Source: Paraspadella gotoi | Lineage: Eukaryota > Animalia > Chaetognatha | Assembly (NCBI GenBank): GCA_051294375.1 | Contig: CM119270.1 | Coordinates: 5,492,050-5,556,049, forward strand | Length of the DNA: 64,000 nt | Direction: 5' to 3' | Shown here: positions 1-23,950 of the stretch, piece after piece | How the letters are laid out: each line of letters opens with the position of its first letter | Numbering within the stretch: position 1 is the first letter of the stretch | Notes under the pieces: model-generated | Told to the model about the DNA's origin: nothing | Seen by the model: only the letters and a program-made list of their open reading frames with translations | Databases searched by the model: none | Translations under genes and position numbers: made by a program

Positions 1-501
1 GTGGTTGTCGTTGTCGTCGTCGTCGTCGTCCTCGTTGTTGTCTACGGCGGTAATTTGGTATATATTGCTGATGGTCGATGACGATTCAATTGTATTCGTT
101 TGCGTTTAGGTTATAGCGATTGAGTCTGTGATTAGTTTCGTTTCATTACCGATTGAGAGTCAAAATGACTGGAGAGAAAATAATTGACTTCCGAAATTTT
201 TTTTTCAGCGAAAAAAAAAATTAAAAAATTGAAATTTTTTTTAAATTTTCGTGACAGAATGACACAATGACTTTTAGAAGAAAAAAAATCATGTTTTATT
301 TCATTTTTACGGATGTATTTTCTTCAATGATTAATAATCAAAACCGTGATTTTTATCTTTATCTTTGAAAGAAATCAAAATTCTTTGTCGTTTTGATGCC
401 CGTTTTCGTCGTCTTGAATTCCTTTCGGATTTTACAAATTTTGTTTTAAAAATTTGAAATTTAATCCGAAATTGATTTTTTTTTAAAAGAAATAGAAATA
501 G

Positions 502-599
<98 letters not shown>

Positions 600-832
600 G
601 AAGAGACAGAGAGAACCCGAATTCGAGGCAGGGAGAATATCAAGGAGAGAGAGTGAAAGGAAGGCGATAGAAATAGATTGAGTATGAGACGAAGAAAGAC
701 AGAGAGCGCGACGAAAAAACGTTGGAGAGCGAGACGCAGCTGAGAAAGGCGATTGATAAAGAAATATTAGAGTCGACCAAAAATGAATGAAAGAGAATTT
801 AAATGGAATCTAAAGAGAATATTTAAAGAGAA

Positions 833-875
<43 letters not shown>

Positions 876-2008
876 CTTTGACGTTAAATCCTCCATGTTT
901 AAATTTATCATTTTCTGGCTCAGTTGTCCGTACAACTCCATGTTTATCACGGAATTTTACGTCTTCATCGTAAATTGAACAAAGTCAATACGAGATTACT
1001 GCGAATTGAAGGTAACTGAATTGGTTGGACGGTAAATTGCAACTTGCAACCTGAAGGACTGTACAAGCAGAAAAAAGTTAAAATGGTAAGAAAACTTTAA
1101 AAAAATCAGAAACCAACGAAGCGATCGCCAGAAGCAATAATGTTTCGTTCTTTCTTCAGTATTTGACAAAAATTTCAATTAAATTCTTACCATTTTCACT
1201 TTGTTTTGCTTTTTTAATGAGAAAAATAATTCCGAGTTAAATATAATCTAGGAACTAATGAACGAACGGCACCCATAACGGTTTTTTTTGCCTGAGTAAT
1301 ATCCACGACTAAGTTTCACGATAACGACTACGAAGTTGAGGCAACAATTTAAAATTATATACGATTTCAAACGCGAAGAATTGACGAAAACAATTAACGC
1401 AAAAGTTTATTTTTGGTTTTATTAGCGTAATTTGTGACACAATTTGTGACACAATCAGCGTCATTTAATTCGAGATATAAGTTGGTGGTTGGCGCAGTTG
1501 ATTGGCGCAAGCTTGAGCGTTGAATGTGTCACAGATGATTGGCGGAAATTAAATGTTATGCGGGTGATTATCACTCGAGAGTGATTGATGTTTGATGTGA
1601 CTCAAAGGATTGATAATTAACATCAAATGTAATGCGGATGATAAATGCTAACAGAAAATTGATATTAATTGGTGTTAAAGAGTGAACGAAGTTAAGTATG
1701 ATGCAGATGATTGGCGCTGAAGAGCGAGTGACGTTGAATATGACGCAGATGATTAACGTTAAAGAGCAATTGACGCTATTTTTGACGCTGATTTGTCGAG
1801 ATCCAACGTCGTTGCTGACGTTTGTGTCGGAATTCAGGAGAAAATGAAAAGTGGCGCGAGAAAAACCGTCGAGGCGCGCGCAGCGCGGAGAGAGAGAGAG
1901 AAGAAGGAGAGAGAGAGAGGAGAGAAGAGAGAAGATAGAGAGCCGAAGAAGAAATCGAGAGATGAGCAGAGAAAGAGAAAGAGGAAGTCATCGTCACGCA
2001 CATAGCAG

Positions 2009-2560
2009 TAGGGTGATGTGAAAATAATTACATTTTATAAAATTAAAATTTGGCATATTGAACATGAAAATAAAAAGCAAAAATAATATTTTGGTAAATT
2101 TATTAGTGGGCACCAGTTAGCTATATTTATATATAGTAATAAGTATATAATAAGCTAAAATTTTGAAATACAAATTTTCAAATTTTAAGATCGGATTTAA
2201 ATTCTTTGCAAAAAGTTGTTATAAAAAAGTATAATTCTTTTTTAAAAAAAGATTTTATTAATTTAATAATAAATAAAACAAATTTTCAATTTTCAGCTTA
2301 AAAATATAGTTTTTTTTTAATTATTTGCTCCTATTAATAACATATTTTTAAAAATGATTTTTTATTTTTTTTTATCGAACTTTTTACAAGGAATCTGAAA
2401 ATGTCTAAGAATTAAATTTTTTCGGGAAATTGTATATATATATATATATACATATACATATAAAATTAAACTGACTGGGCTATAATAGACATCAAAAAAT
2501 AAAAATAACTACAGATTATTTTCACTGCTCAATTTTTTTCCAAACTTTCCCTTCACCCTA
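2009..2560. mobile_element. MITE-like element with TAGGGTGA...TCACCCTA termini
   Basis: Terminal inverted 8-mer around an AT-rich body. Related CCACCCTA ends occur at 18038, 44752 and 53099. Confidence 0.5.
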
Positions 2561-2675
2561 CTTCGCAGTCATTGAGAAATAGAAACAGGGAGCGAACGCG
2601 ACGAAGAAGAAAAGAGAGAGAGAGAGAGAGAGAGAAGAGAGAGATAGAGAGATGAGAGAGAGAGATGACAAGAAA

Positions 2676-2716
<41 letters not shown>

Positions 2717-2853
2717 CCTGCCATTTGGCAACAGGTAATAGCGATAAAAGAAGGATAAAAACCGACAATCTGACGGGAGTTTTAAACAAGAAAAAAACGC
2801 AAAGCAAAAGAGATTAAACGCGCCAAAGGAGAGAGAGGGAGAGAGAGAGGAGC

Positions 2854-2888
<35 letters not shown>

Positions 2889-3015
2889 AAGAGAAGAGAT
2901 AGAGAGAGAGAGAGAGACCTCTGGGGAGCAGTGATCTCGAAATGATTTGTTTGTTGGAAATGATCCATCTGCCGAGAGTCAAAACACTATTCGTCACTTG
3001 TCTTTGTCAAAAAAA

Positions 3016-3051
<36 letters not shown>

Positions 3052-4678
3052 CTCTCTCCTGTCTCTCTCAGTTCGGCGAAAAGAAAAAGTGGAATACGAG
3101 TCATGACAATATGAGTCCCCTGCTCTAAAGGTAAATAATCTCAGGTGTAACAATTTTTTGAAATATTCTCTTTTTTATTTTTACATCAAAAATAAACAGC
3201 AATAAACATAATATAGAATACTATACTATGCAATTAAATCTTCAACCCTACACGCAATGTAGTGACCCAAAATCATTTGAGAGTCGCCACAAGCAAATTC
3301 ACTTTAAAAGTTATGTATAACAAATTATAAAACAAAATTGCAATCATATTTTGTGTATTTTGAATGGCCGTGGAAACGGTGATCGGTGTATCGCGTGAAT
3401 CGGCTGATCGGTGTTTGGCTCAACGTAAAATCGTCTCGTTTTTGTTAATCATTTTTTGTCGTCGTCTTTTCGTCGTCTTCGTCGTCGTCTCGTCGTCGTC
3501 TTCGTGCCTTGTCGTCGTCGTCCTTGTCGACGCCATCGTCGCCTGCATCATTCCAAATCTTCCAGCGTCCTCTAGCAGGACGCGATGACAGGCGCGCGCT
3601 GGAAAAGAGGTTTTGGGTAGAAGGGGCGGGCGGCGGGGCGGGGAGAATCTAGAAGGTGAGGCGAAGGAGATGGCGGGGTAGAGGGTGTAGAGGGGGTAGA
3701 GGGAGGCGTGGTTGGAAGTTAATTTTGCGCAGGAAAGATCGATTACAATTACGAAAGAAGAAAAAAAGTTAGACTTTCATAAATTTTGATGTTGAAAAAG
3801 TGTAAATTTATGACCCTTTAAATTGAGCCGTTGACGAATGAAAAAAAGAAGTAGAAGAAAAGAAATGGAGGGAAAAAAAATAATAAGAGAGAAGCCATAG
3901 GATATTTCGTTCTTAGCGTTCAGATTAGTAAATATTTTAAGGAATCTTTTTTACTCTACGAAATCTCGACTCGTAAACTTTTTCGGCTTTGTTTCTCAAA
4001 GCAAACCAATGGAGCGGATAGAAGATATCGCCAGTGTAATGCTAAAAAAAAAATGTACATGTTTATATAATGTATATGATGTAGAATCGTAGATGTTTGC
4101 AAACGTTGCCAAAGCAGTTTCGGCGACTACTTGCAATCTAAACACGAAACCAAACCGATGTTACTTTATGTTATGTTATGTTATGTGCCGAGGATACTAA
4201 TCAACTATACCGATACGCCCAAAATCATATCGTGACTTTTTAGTCACCACCAATCCGTGGATGCAAAAGACGTGACCTTTCCCGCCCGCTAGTCAGTACA
4301 TTTCCCTTCATATAAAGACCGACGCTCATTATCAATTCATTACGTCATTATTCATGAATATTGGACGAACTCGCGATATACGTGATTGATAATTTAGCGT
4401 CGTCTTTTTAAAGAGACGCATTTTTTTTTTNNNNNNNNNNNNNNNNNNNNNNNNNNNNNNNNNNNNNNNNNNNNNNNNNNNNNNNNNNNNNNNNNNNNNN
4501 NNNNNNNNNNNNNNNNNNNNNNNNNNNNNNNNNNNNNNNNNNNNNNNNNNNNNNNNNNNNNNNNNNNNNNNNNNNNNNNNNNNNNNNNNNNNNNNNNNNN
4601 NNNNNNNNNNNNNNNNNNNNNNNNNNNNNNNNNNNNNNNNNNNNNNNNNNNNNNNNNNNNNNNNNNNNNNNNNNNNNN

Positions 4679-5030
4679 GAAGAAAGGAGGAAGATAGAAA
4701 AAGAAGATAGAAAAAGGAGGAATATAGAAAAAGAAGATAGAATAAGGAGGAAGATAGAAAAAGAAGATAGAAAAATAAGATAGAAAAAGGAGGAAGATAA
4801 AAAAAGAAGATAGAAAAAGAAATAGAAAAAGCAGCAAGAGAGAAAAAGAAGATAGAAAAAGGAGGAAGATAGAAAAAGGAGGAAGATAGAAAAAGAAGAT
4901 AGAATAAGGAGGAAAATAAAAAAGAAGATAGAAAAAGGAGAAGGATAGAAAAAATGATAGAAAAAGAAGATAGAAAAAGAAGATAGAAAAAGGAGGAAAA
5001 TTAAAAAAGAAGATAGAAAAAGGAAGATAG
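4679..5030. repeat. Purine-rich minisatellite (AAGGAGGAAGATAGAAAAAGAAGATAGAA-like) next to an N gap
   Basis: Directly visible; abuts gap 4431-4678. Confidence 0.8.
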
Positions 5031-5594
5031 GAGGGAACGAGGAGTGAGAGAAAGAGAGAGGAATCGAGGGAATCGTTGGTAGAAACAGAAGGGAGAGAAA
5101 AAAAAACTCTATTAATTCTGCCTCAAAAGTATGTTAAACGAAATTAAGTAAAATAAAGTTGAATTAAGGTAAATAATGTTACAAAAAGTTCACAACGTAT
5201 TAATATTACAAATTAAAAAAATTGAGCTGCTTCAATTATTCTTTTCCTTTTTACAATTTTTTCCCCTCGTGTTTCTTTTCACACTTTCACTCACTCTCCC
5301 CCCCCCAACTTAACTCAAGACTCCGGGAGGTCGGTCGGTCGGTCACTGACTCCGCTCCCACGAGACCACCTGTCTCGAACCTATAAAGATAACAACAACA
5401 ACAACTCCTTCGAGATCCTTGATGACTCTTCTCCTTTCATCGAAATTCAACGAGGAAGAAAAAAAAAACACCCAAAATAGAACAAAACGAAACAAAACAA
5501 AAATGAAATTAAACAAAACAAAGAAAATAAACAAAACAAAAAAAAACTAAAAAAAACAAAACAAAAAAAACTAAAAAAAAACAAAACAAAAAAA

Positions 5595-16084
<10,490 letters not shown>

Positions 16085-17411
16085 CTTTCAGGTCGGATGA
16101 GGAGGAGCTGGTTTATTAAGTGGAGTGATGTGAGATTCACAGGAGTGACGCGGCTGGAGTGTTAATTTGGGTCGACGATAATTATCTGTTACAAAAAAAG
16201 ACAGGGGTTAAAATTACTATGTATCAAAAGATCGACGAACAGGATGTTGCATATCAGCTGTCTAGTCGAACTACAAGAGAAGAAATAAAAGAGGACCCAT
16301 TTTATACCCAAAGAAATGAGTTATATAAGCAGGAACCGGAGACGATTAGAAAGTTAAATATGAGAAGAGGAAGAGTGTGACACTACGAAAAAAATTCAAC
16401 TGAAAAACTTGAAAAAATATACAGTTAATATCATAGCATTGCCCAGTTTTAACCAACAATTAATTATTATTTCTTCATGACTTCGTAGCTTATTGAATAA
16501 TACTCATTATTACCATAATTACCATATCATAATTACCAATAGGTACTGGGTTTAATTCTAACCTACCCTACGGGAAGCGTAAGGAGGGTTTTGAAAATGA
16601 AATAAATTTCCTAGCCTGTTGGTAGGGTTAAAAAAGTTATTGAAGTTATCTTTAGCCCATTTAGCTAATTTAACACAATCATAGGTTAATTTATTTAATA
16701 TCATTTTATTAAAGATTTTATATTTAGGTTTTAAAATCCAAAGCTAATGAATTAATTAGATTTAAAAACCTAAATTTAAGATAATCAAAATATAGTTGTT
16801 TTTAGCTATTATATGTTTATTTTATATTTTTATAAATAGCTAAATATTTATTTTTATAATTCAAAATATTTCTAAGCATATAGAAGATTTTCCTTTTTCT
16901 CTTCCAATAGTGACGCATTTCTTCCATTTCATAGTTCTACTTTTTTTTCTTCACCACTTTTGAAGAAAATATCCCCAAACTTGTCCTCGTCGTTTTCGTC
17001 GTCGTCTTCGTCGTCGTCTTCGTCGTTGTCAGCGACATCATCATCATCATTGTCGTAATGAGAACAATTTCCTTTCAGGTCCCGACATTTATAACAGGTA
17101 TTTTGATTGCGCAATGTAACGTGACTTCTCGGTCCTTTTACCCGAAAGACGGAAATCACGTTTTTATACCAGTTTTGTTCTCAGGTGATGATTTAAAAGA
17201 AAATCATAGAGTGAATTTAGTCACAACTTTGTGACGAATGAGCTTTCCAGATCTTTGTAAGATACGAACAAAATTCAAGGATTTGTTTTCATATTTTTGT
17301 TTACCCCTGATATCTCAGCGACCAGGGTCATGGTACGACTAGATTTCGGGCACTAAAAACTATATTTTCGAATCCGGGAAAATTATTTTCAAAATCGTTC
17401 GATATAAGCAG

Positions 17412-18038
17412 TAGAGTGGAGCACTCAAGAACAAAAAATTTATTTGAATGATCGAACAATGATATTTAGATGTGAGATGGTATGATTAACTAGTACAAAA
17501 AATATTTTGTTTATATTATCTCGGGAACAGAATAGTAAAATATAATATATTTGTAGTAATATCCTTATAAAATAGTAAATTTTAAAAATAATTTTTATAA
17601 AACTTTTATTAAAGATTCAGATTCTTCATAAAAAGTTGAATCAAAAATATAAAACATGTTATCAAAAATTCTGTCATCTTCAATGTTTAAAATAAGAAAA
17701 AAGGTTAAAATTCCTGACTTTTTTATTCTCTGTAGTAGAAACTTATATATGTTAAAATGTTTTAGTCATTTTTTGTGGTCTAAACATTAAAATATCATAT
17801 AACATATTTTATAAAAGTTTCTTAGTTTTTTACAGCGAATCCAAATCAGTTCTTAAAAATAAAAAAAAATTATTTTGAAATTTGACGATTTTATAAGGAT
17901 ATTACTACATAAATAATTGAATTTGCTATACTGTTATGCTAAAAAATTGTTTAAAAGGATTTAAAATTCATTAATTATATGTCCATAGGCAGCAAAAAAA
18001 TAATGTTCAATCACTCAATTTTTTCATCACTCCACCCT
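17412..18038. mobile_element. MITE-like element with long imperfect TIRs (TAGAGTGGAG...CTCCACCCTA); right half duplicated at 52841-53099
   Basis: Imperfect inverted ends; 17782-18038 nearly identical to 52841-53099. Confidence 0.6.
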
Positions 18039-19815
18039 AATAAGCAGTCCCTGAGCGCGAAGCCGGGACCTTTGAGTTACGAGGCGAATGACTTGCCTCC
18101 TGCACCAATGGCCGCTGATGAGCACTTGGTGGATTTTAGTCCACCTTAATTGGTACGTTTATAATTTGACGATGGACAGGTTTTCCTAAAATTCCAGCTC
18201 GAAAAACGTGACTCTCAAAAATCAAGCTCTAAAAACGTGGCTATCAAAAAAAACTCCAAAATTAATTAGATTGCGTAACCGTTGCACTATGGCAACAGCC
18301 GGGTTGCCTGTGATGCCCATTGGGATGGGGCATCTCACTGAGCCAATGGATTTGGCTGAAGGATGGTGGACGTGAGGCGGTGTGAATATACCGCCACAGC
18401 ACCGTAATTATTTCGGTTATACTTATTTCTCTTGTCATATGGAGATAATTATTAAACCACGGAAAAATTTTTAGGTTTAAATTACGTAATAGTTTAATAA
18501 ACGTGTATGACGACTGTTTCGGAAAACATCGACTCAGCAGCTTTCGAAAAAAAAGGAAAAAAAATTACAGAAGCGGAAATAAAAAAATTTCTCTGTCATT
18601 TTTTTTTTCAACTTCTTCTTCCGAGATTTAATTTTTTTAATAACCTAAAAGAAAATAACAATTAAAGAAGAACGATATCAACGATCAGGACGAAAGTTAC
18701 GACAACAGTTAACGCGATTTCTTCAACAACGAAAAATTAAAACGAGGACTATTTGGAATTAGTAGTATATTATTATATTAATAGTAGTTCAGTGTAAACA
18801 TTCTAAGAATCAATGATGGAAAAAACTTCATGACGGTGGCGAAATTTATAAATATCAGACGATTTCATAAATATCTTTCACACTCAACATTTGCGAGTTC
18901 TGAGTAAAAAAGAGGAGAAAATTTATGAAAAAAAAAATATTGGGCACTCTTTTCCGAAAGCGCGATATTAAACGAGATATTAGGGTTAAATTTAAGTTGA
19001 AGGATTAAGAGTCTATATGTTGGAGAGAAATTAATCAACTATTCCTTCAGGTAATAATTACTTATTATTTTGAAGAAAATACGTCAAGAAAGACTGATAC
19101 TAGAAATTAATTGTCAAAAATCGAAAAAAAATGATTTACAATCAATTTACAATACAAAATTACAATTTGTCGCATCGAAAGAGTCAAAAGGTTTAATCGT
19201 AGTGAAAATAAGATTAAGGGAAATGTCTCCCGGGTTGAAAAACAGAGAGAAAAAAACAACAGAAACGGTAATTCAAATGTGTTGCGCCGCAATGACTGCC
19301 TTATCACCAGTATTTCTCGTGACATGACATTATATGACATGACGCTACATGACATGACGTGCGCTCGCAGACGCTTAGATTTGAGGTTTTTTTCTGTCTT
19401 AACAAATGAGCGATCGTGAACTATAGGCAAATTTTATACATTTTTAACGTAAGTGTGACAGTCCGACGGACAGATATACCGACCGACCGACCGAAAAGTG
19501 ACTTATGGAGTTACTCAGCGAGTACACGCGGCGAAAGTAAAAATCCCCCGAGTGGTGTCGTCAAAACGAAAGAATTTCTTCGTTAATCTCATCTCATTAA
19601 AAAGAGAAAAGAAGAGAAATAAAAAGGAAAAACGGAAGAAGAAGGACTCAATGCTTTGTCAATTAAATTTATTAATATTCAAAAAAGAATTTAAGTTAAA
19701 GCCTTTTTTTTTTAACGACGTCCCTTCCAGTCCAGACGACGACATTCAATGTCCGAAGGAGGAATCTGGCTACGTTCCGTGAAGGTCGTTCTTCTTTTAA
19801 CAAATCGTAAACGGA

Positions 19816-19817
<2 letters not shown>

Positions 19818-19907
<90 letters not shown>
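19818..19907. repeat. (AAT)n microsatellite; the window also has many (GA)n, (AATC)n, (GTC)n and (CTTC)n tracts
   Basis: Directly visible. Confidence 0.95.
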
Positions 19908-19908
<1 letters not shown>

Positions 19909-21678
19909 TTTTCCGAGGTCTGCGAATTGCGGGTTTGAGTTAAGGAGAGGGTAAGGTGTAAAGAAATAGGAAAAGAGGTAAGGAATAGGGAGAACGAAGG
20001 ATGGAGGGAAGAAGGGATGAATGAAAGGTCAAAGTCTGAATGTGCAAGAATGAAAGCGTAAAGAATATAATATGTAAAAAAAAAAAACAGAACGTAGGTT
20101 TAAAATTGATAATTCTCCCATTTGCTTCTAACAGTTTTTTTATCCTCGGGGGGAAAAATATAGTTCTCAACCAATTTTATGGGCAAAAAAAAGTGGGAAG
20201 GGAAAAAAGATGAAATTTATGAAGAAAAAAAATCGAGACTAAGATTTTGTAAGGAAAATAAAATGAGAAAAGAAGAGATTAAATGAATTTTTTTTTTTAA
20301 AGTCGGGAAATTAGGGACACTAATTGAGTAGAGTCACTGGAAAGAAAATAAAAGCAATAACCATGATTGTCTTTTGTTTTTGTTGAATTTTAATAGTTTA
20401 GTTTTTACTTTTAAACATAACCACGATTAGAAATTAGATAAGGAAATCCTGAAGTGGGGACAAAGGATGTTGCCACGTGTCAAGTCTCCACTCTCACTGC
20501 GATTTTCGCTTCATTTCTGAGAACGTTGCGGCGGGAATGAGACAACGAATGCCGAAGAACTTCGAAGCGCCCCCTTTGCCGATCTGTTCAGCATCGCAGT
20601 CGAACGATTTATCGCCGCCTCACTGTTCAGCACCGTTGACGAACTATCGAGCGCAAGAGCCAATTGCCGAGCGATTCAACGAAATTAGAAAGACGCTCAA
20701 GGATTTGGGCGTCGAAAAATTTGCCTTACATGAAGTAATCCTCATCAAATCGAGGTCATCTTCTCTCTTTTTACGCTTCAGAAGCTCAGTTTCGGACAAC
20801 ATCAGCCGGAAAAAAAAACAACAACGACAACCAAGATAACAACGACAACGGGGACGCGACTTCGCGCGAAGGTCAGAAATTAATCTCGACGTCGCAAAAT
20901 CCGATATCTCGTTTTAGGCGAAATAAGAAATAAAAAAAAAATATATCAAGTTTTTTAGCGCGGGTTGATAACGAGAGTCGAGGTGAGAGCTGTGAGGCTT
21001 ACTTTTCGGATACCTACGACGTAACCATATAAAAAAGATTTTTGTCGTTACGATCAATTTAATTCGTGCGGCTCTGATACATGAACAGAACCTGATCGAA
21101 CGAGGTTGTTCTCTCTCTTGAGGTTTATTGTGTAAGCAGATTGTAAACAATTGTTTCTCGATAAAGTTTGAAGAACTTAAACATGATGTAAACAGAACGT
21201 AAACAAATGATTCTTAAAACGAATGGACTGGATTGCATTAAAAAAACAACAACAGCTTTTCTAAAGGAGGAAAAAGAAGAAAAGAAAAACGAAAAGAAAA
21301 AAAAAAGAAAAAATAAATAAAAAATAAAATAAAAATAAAATGAATAAATTGTTTCGCCAATTTTAAATCCACCAAAATGTATAGCTTTATTTGAGTTATT
21401 TCAGTGATAAAATATTTTCTGACAAAGGATTAAAACAATGCAAAATAGTCTCCTCTTTTGCCTGTTTTTGATTTTTGTGACGTCCTCCTTGAATCACTGT
21501 GATGCAGTGAGGTGTTACTTTTGTGATTCTCGACAACATGTGAGTATCAGCAAGAAAAGCTTTTAAGTTTTGTCTGATAATCGCGTCATGGAGTGATTTT
21601 TTTTATTCATTAATCCACACATAAATTACTAAATTTTGCTTTTGTAAGTTGTAACTTACTTTTTTTTCATATTTTATT

Positions 21679-21717
<39 letters not shown>

Positions 21718-22444
21718 CCTCTCTCTTTCTCTCTTTCTCCTCTTCCTTCTTAACCCTCAGAAAGAATGCGGGGAGCCTTTCGAAGCGATCCCCGCCTTGG
21801 AGATGGACTGCGACGCTTTGGAGCAACGACAGCGGGCGGGCGATTGGAACGGCACCCTTCCTGGACCCGGAGGATACGCCCACTGCAGGAAGATTCACCA
21901 GAAGGGTGAGACGGTACTGTTTTTCTTAATGGAGCAGTTAGTGCAATGCGTTTCATGATTGAATCATCTTGCTCTAGGCCAAGAGAAAACAAAATTTAGG
22001 CGTCAATTTGATAATAATTTTTCAATAAATTTATAAATTTTTAAAAAAAAATGTAATCCGAAAAGTATTTTTGTCTTTTTTTGTCTATTTTTATTCTTTT
22101 TATCATTATTTTGTCTTTTTTGTCTTTTTCTCCAGTTGTGACAGACAAAACCTACGAGATAACTATCCGACAATGCGCGTTCAACTTCAGAAGCGACTCG
22201 TCCCCTTACTCTTCCGCCGATGACACGTTCAGGTGATTGAGAAAAGGATTCAGAGAGGTATGGCGTGAATCGACTGTGAGTGTGCCTTGATTTAAAGCTC
22301 GCAGAATTCTGCTATTTGGTAAGAGGGACTGACGCCATAACCCACCTAAGCCTGTCTAAATTCAGGTTGTTTATTACATCAATGGATAATTTGATATTGT
22401 AAAATTCATAACCTTCCCGTCTAATATTCAATTCTATTCTATTC

Positions 22445-22628
22445 TATTCAATAATATTATATTTTAGGAGAAAAAAAACAATTTATTTGTTTTTAATCAA
22501 CACGAATTGTATTATTAGTAAGACATGTTTCGACTCTTGAGTTTAGAGTCTTCATCAGTTATGACAATCAATTATTTTTTACTCTTATAACATTAGGTTA
22601 GAAGAGAGAGAGAGAGAGAGAGAGAAGA

Positions 22629-22669
<41 letters not shown>

Positions 22670-23873
22670 AAAGGGAGTTTCAACAAGAATGAGCAAAGGC
22701 AGTGGTTCCACAGAATAGAAGGACATCGTAGGGTGAAGATAAGATCAGGGAAGAAGTTGGGTGAAATTTGAAATAAGAGAGAGAGAGAGACAGGGTAAGA
22801 GAAAATCTTTACATTTTTGTAATGTATAACAATGATAGAGAAATAAATAACAAACTTAATTATAGTTAAACTAATAGTAACATTGTAAAATAAATTAATG
22901 AGTTAAAGAAGTTGAAATTGAAATAGAAGAATAAGTGATGAGGGATAGGTAAGTAAAGAGTTAGTGAAAATTAAGTTGAGAGAAAGAGCTCAAAATGAGC
23001 TGGCCCCCCCCCCCCGGGTTGGCAAGGTGGGACGTTGCGATAGGCTCGGGTCATTGGCTTGTCATGGGCTGAGAAGATATGACTGTGGAGTGTGACATTT
23101 CGGGACCTGGTAGTGATCCTCCTGGGAAAATGCCTAACGCCACTCGAATATCTCTCTGGCCTGATAGGCCTGCCGATGGCCCTCCTCTCACCTGACGGTG
23201 AGGTGGCGATGCCTGCCTTCTTGCCTGCTTTGGTGCAGGAGATACAGACTCCTCTCCCTCCTCCTGTAGCCGTCGTTTGGACGACGCCCAGTGTGAGAAG
23301 AGTCATGCCAGGTTGCTACAGGCTCGGGAGAGGTATCGGTCGTCCATTGCCTGCTGGGAGGTCTCCGCCTGACCCGTTGAGCTCATTTTGACTCTTTCTC
23401 TCAACTTAATTTTCACTAACTCTTTACTTACCTATCCCTCATCACTTATTCTTCTATTTCAATTTCAACTTCTTTAACTCATTAATTTATTTTACAATGT
23501 TACTATTAGTTTAACTATTAAGTTTGTTATTATTTTCTCTATCATTGTTATACATTACAAAAATGTAAAGATTTTCTCTTACCCTGTCTCTCTCTCTCTC
23601 TCTCTCTCTTATTCTCAAATTTCACCCAACTTCTTCCCTGATCTTATCTTCACCTGTCCTCATATCTGACCACTGTCCTTTGCTCAATTCTTTGTTGGAA
23701 ACTCCCTCTTTTGCTCTCTCTCTCTCTCTCTCTCTCTCATCATCCTCTAATGTTAAAGAGTAAAAATATATTGATTGTCATAACTGATGACTCTAAAACT
23801 CAAGAGTCGAAACATGTCTTACTAATAATACAATTCGTTGATAAAAACAAATAAATTGTTTTTTTTCTCCTAA
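22445..23873. mobile_element. Inverted-repeat element (~550/500-bp arms, ~380-bp GC-rich spacer) with a hammerhead in each arm; probable Penelope-like retroelement remnant
   Basis: 22445-23001 is the reverse complement of 23380-23873 with indels. The second hammerhead at ~23781-23820 lacks 3 nt after CTGATGA. Confidence 0.6.
22515..22566 (-). ncRNA. Minimal type-I hammerhead ribozyme (Penelope-like element type)
   Basis: Minus strand reads taaCTGATGAa-GACTCT-aaactca-AGAGTC-GAAACATGTC-tta: conserved core, 6-bp stem II, palindromic stem III ACATGT, GUC cleavage triplet, short stem I. Confidence 0.75.
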
Positions 23874-23950
23874 AGTTCAAAACACAACGAAATTGATAGT
23901 TTATACACAATAATATTATAATATTCAATTTCCTCTAACATGTTTTTGGC

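Noticed and set aside
20477-22330. Exon-like GC-richer patches (20477-20839 +, 21750-21900 -)
   Set aside because: Could not assemble a consistent gene model or recognise a domain.
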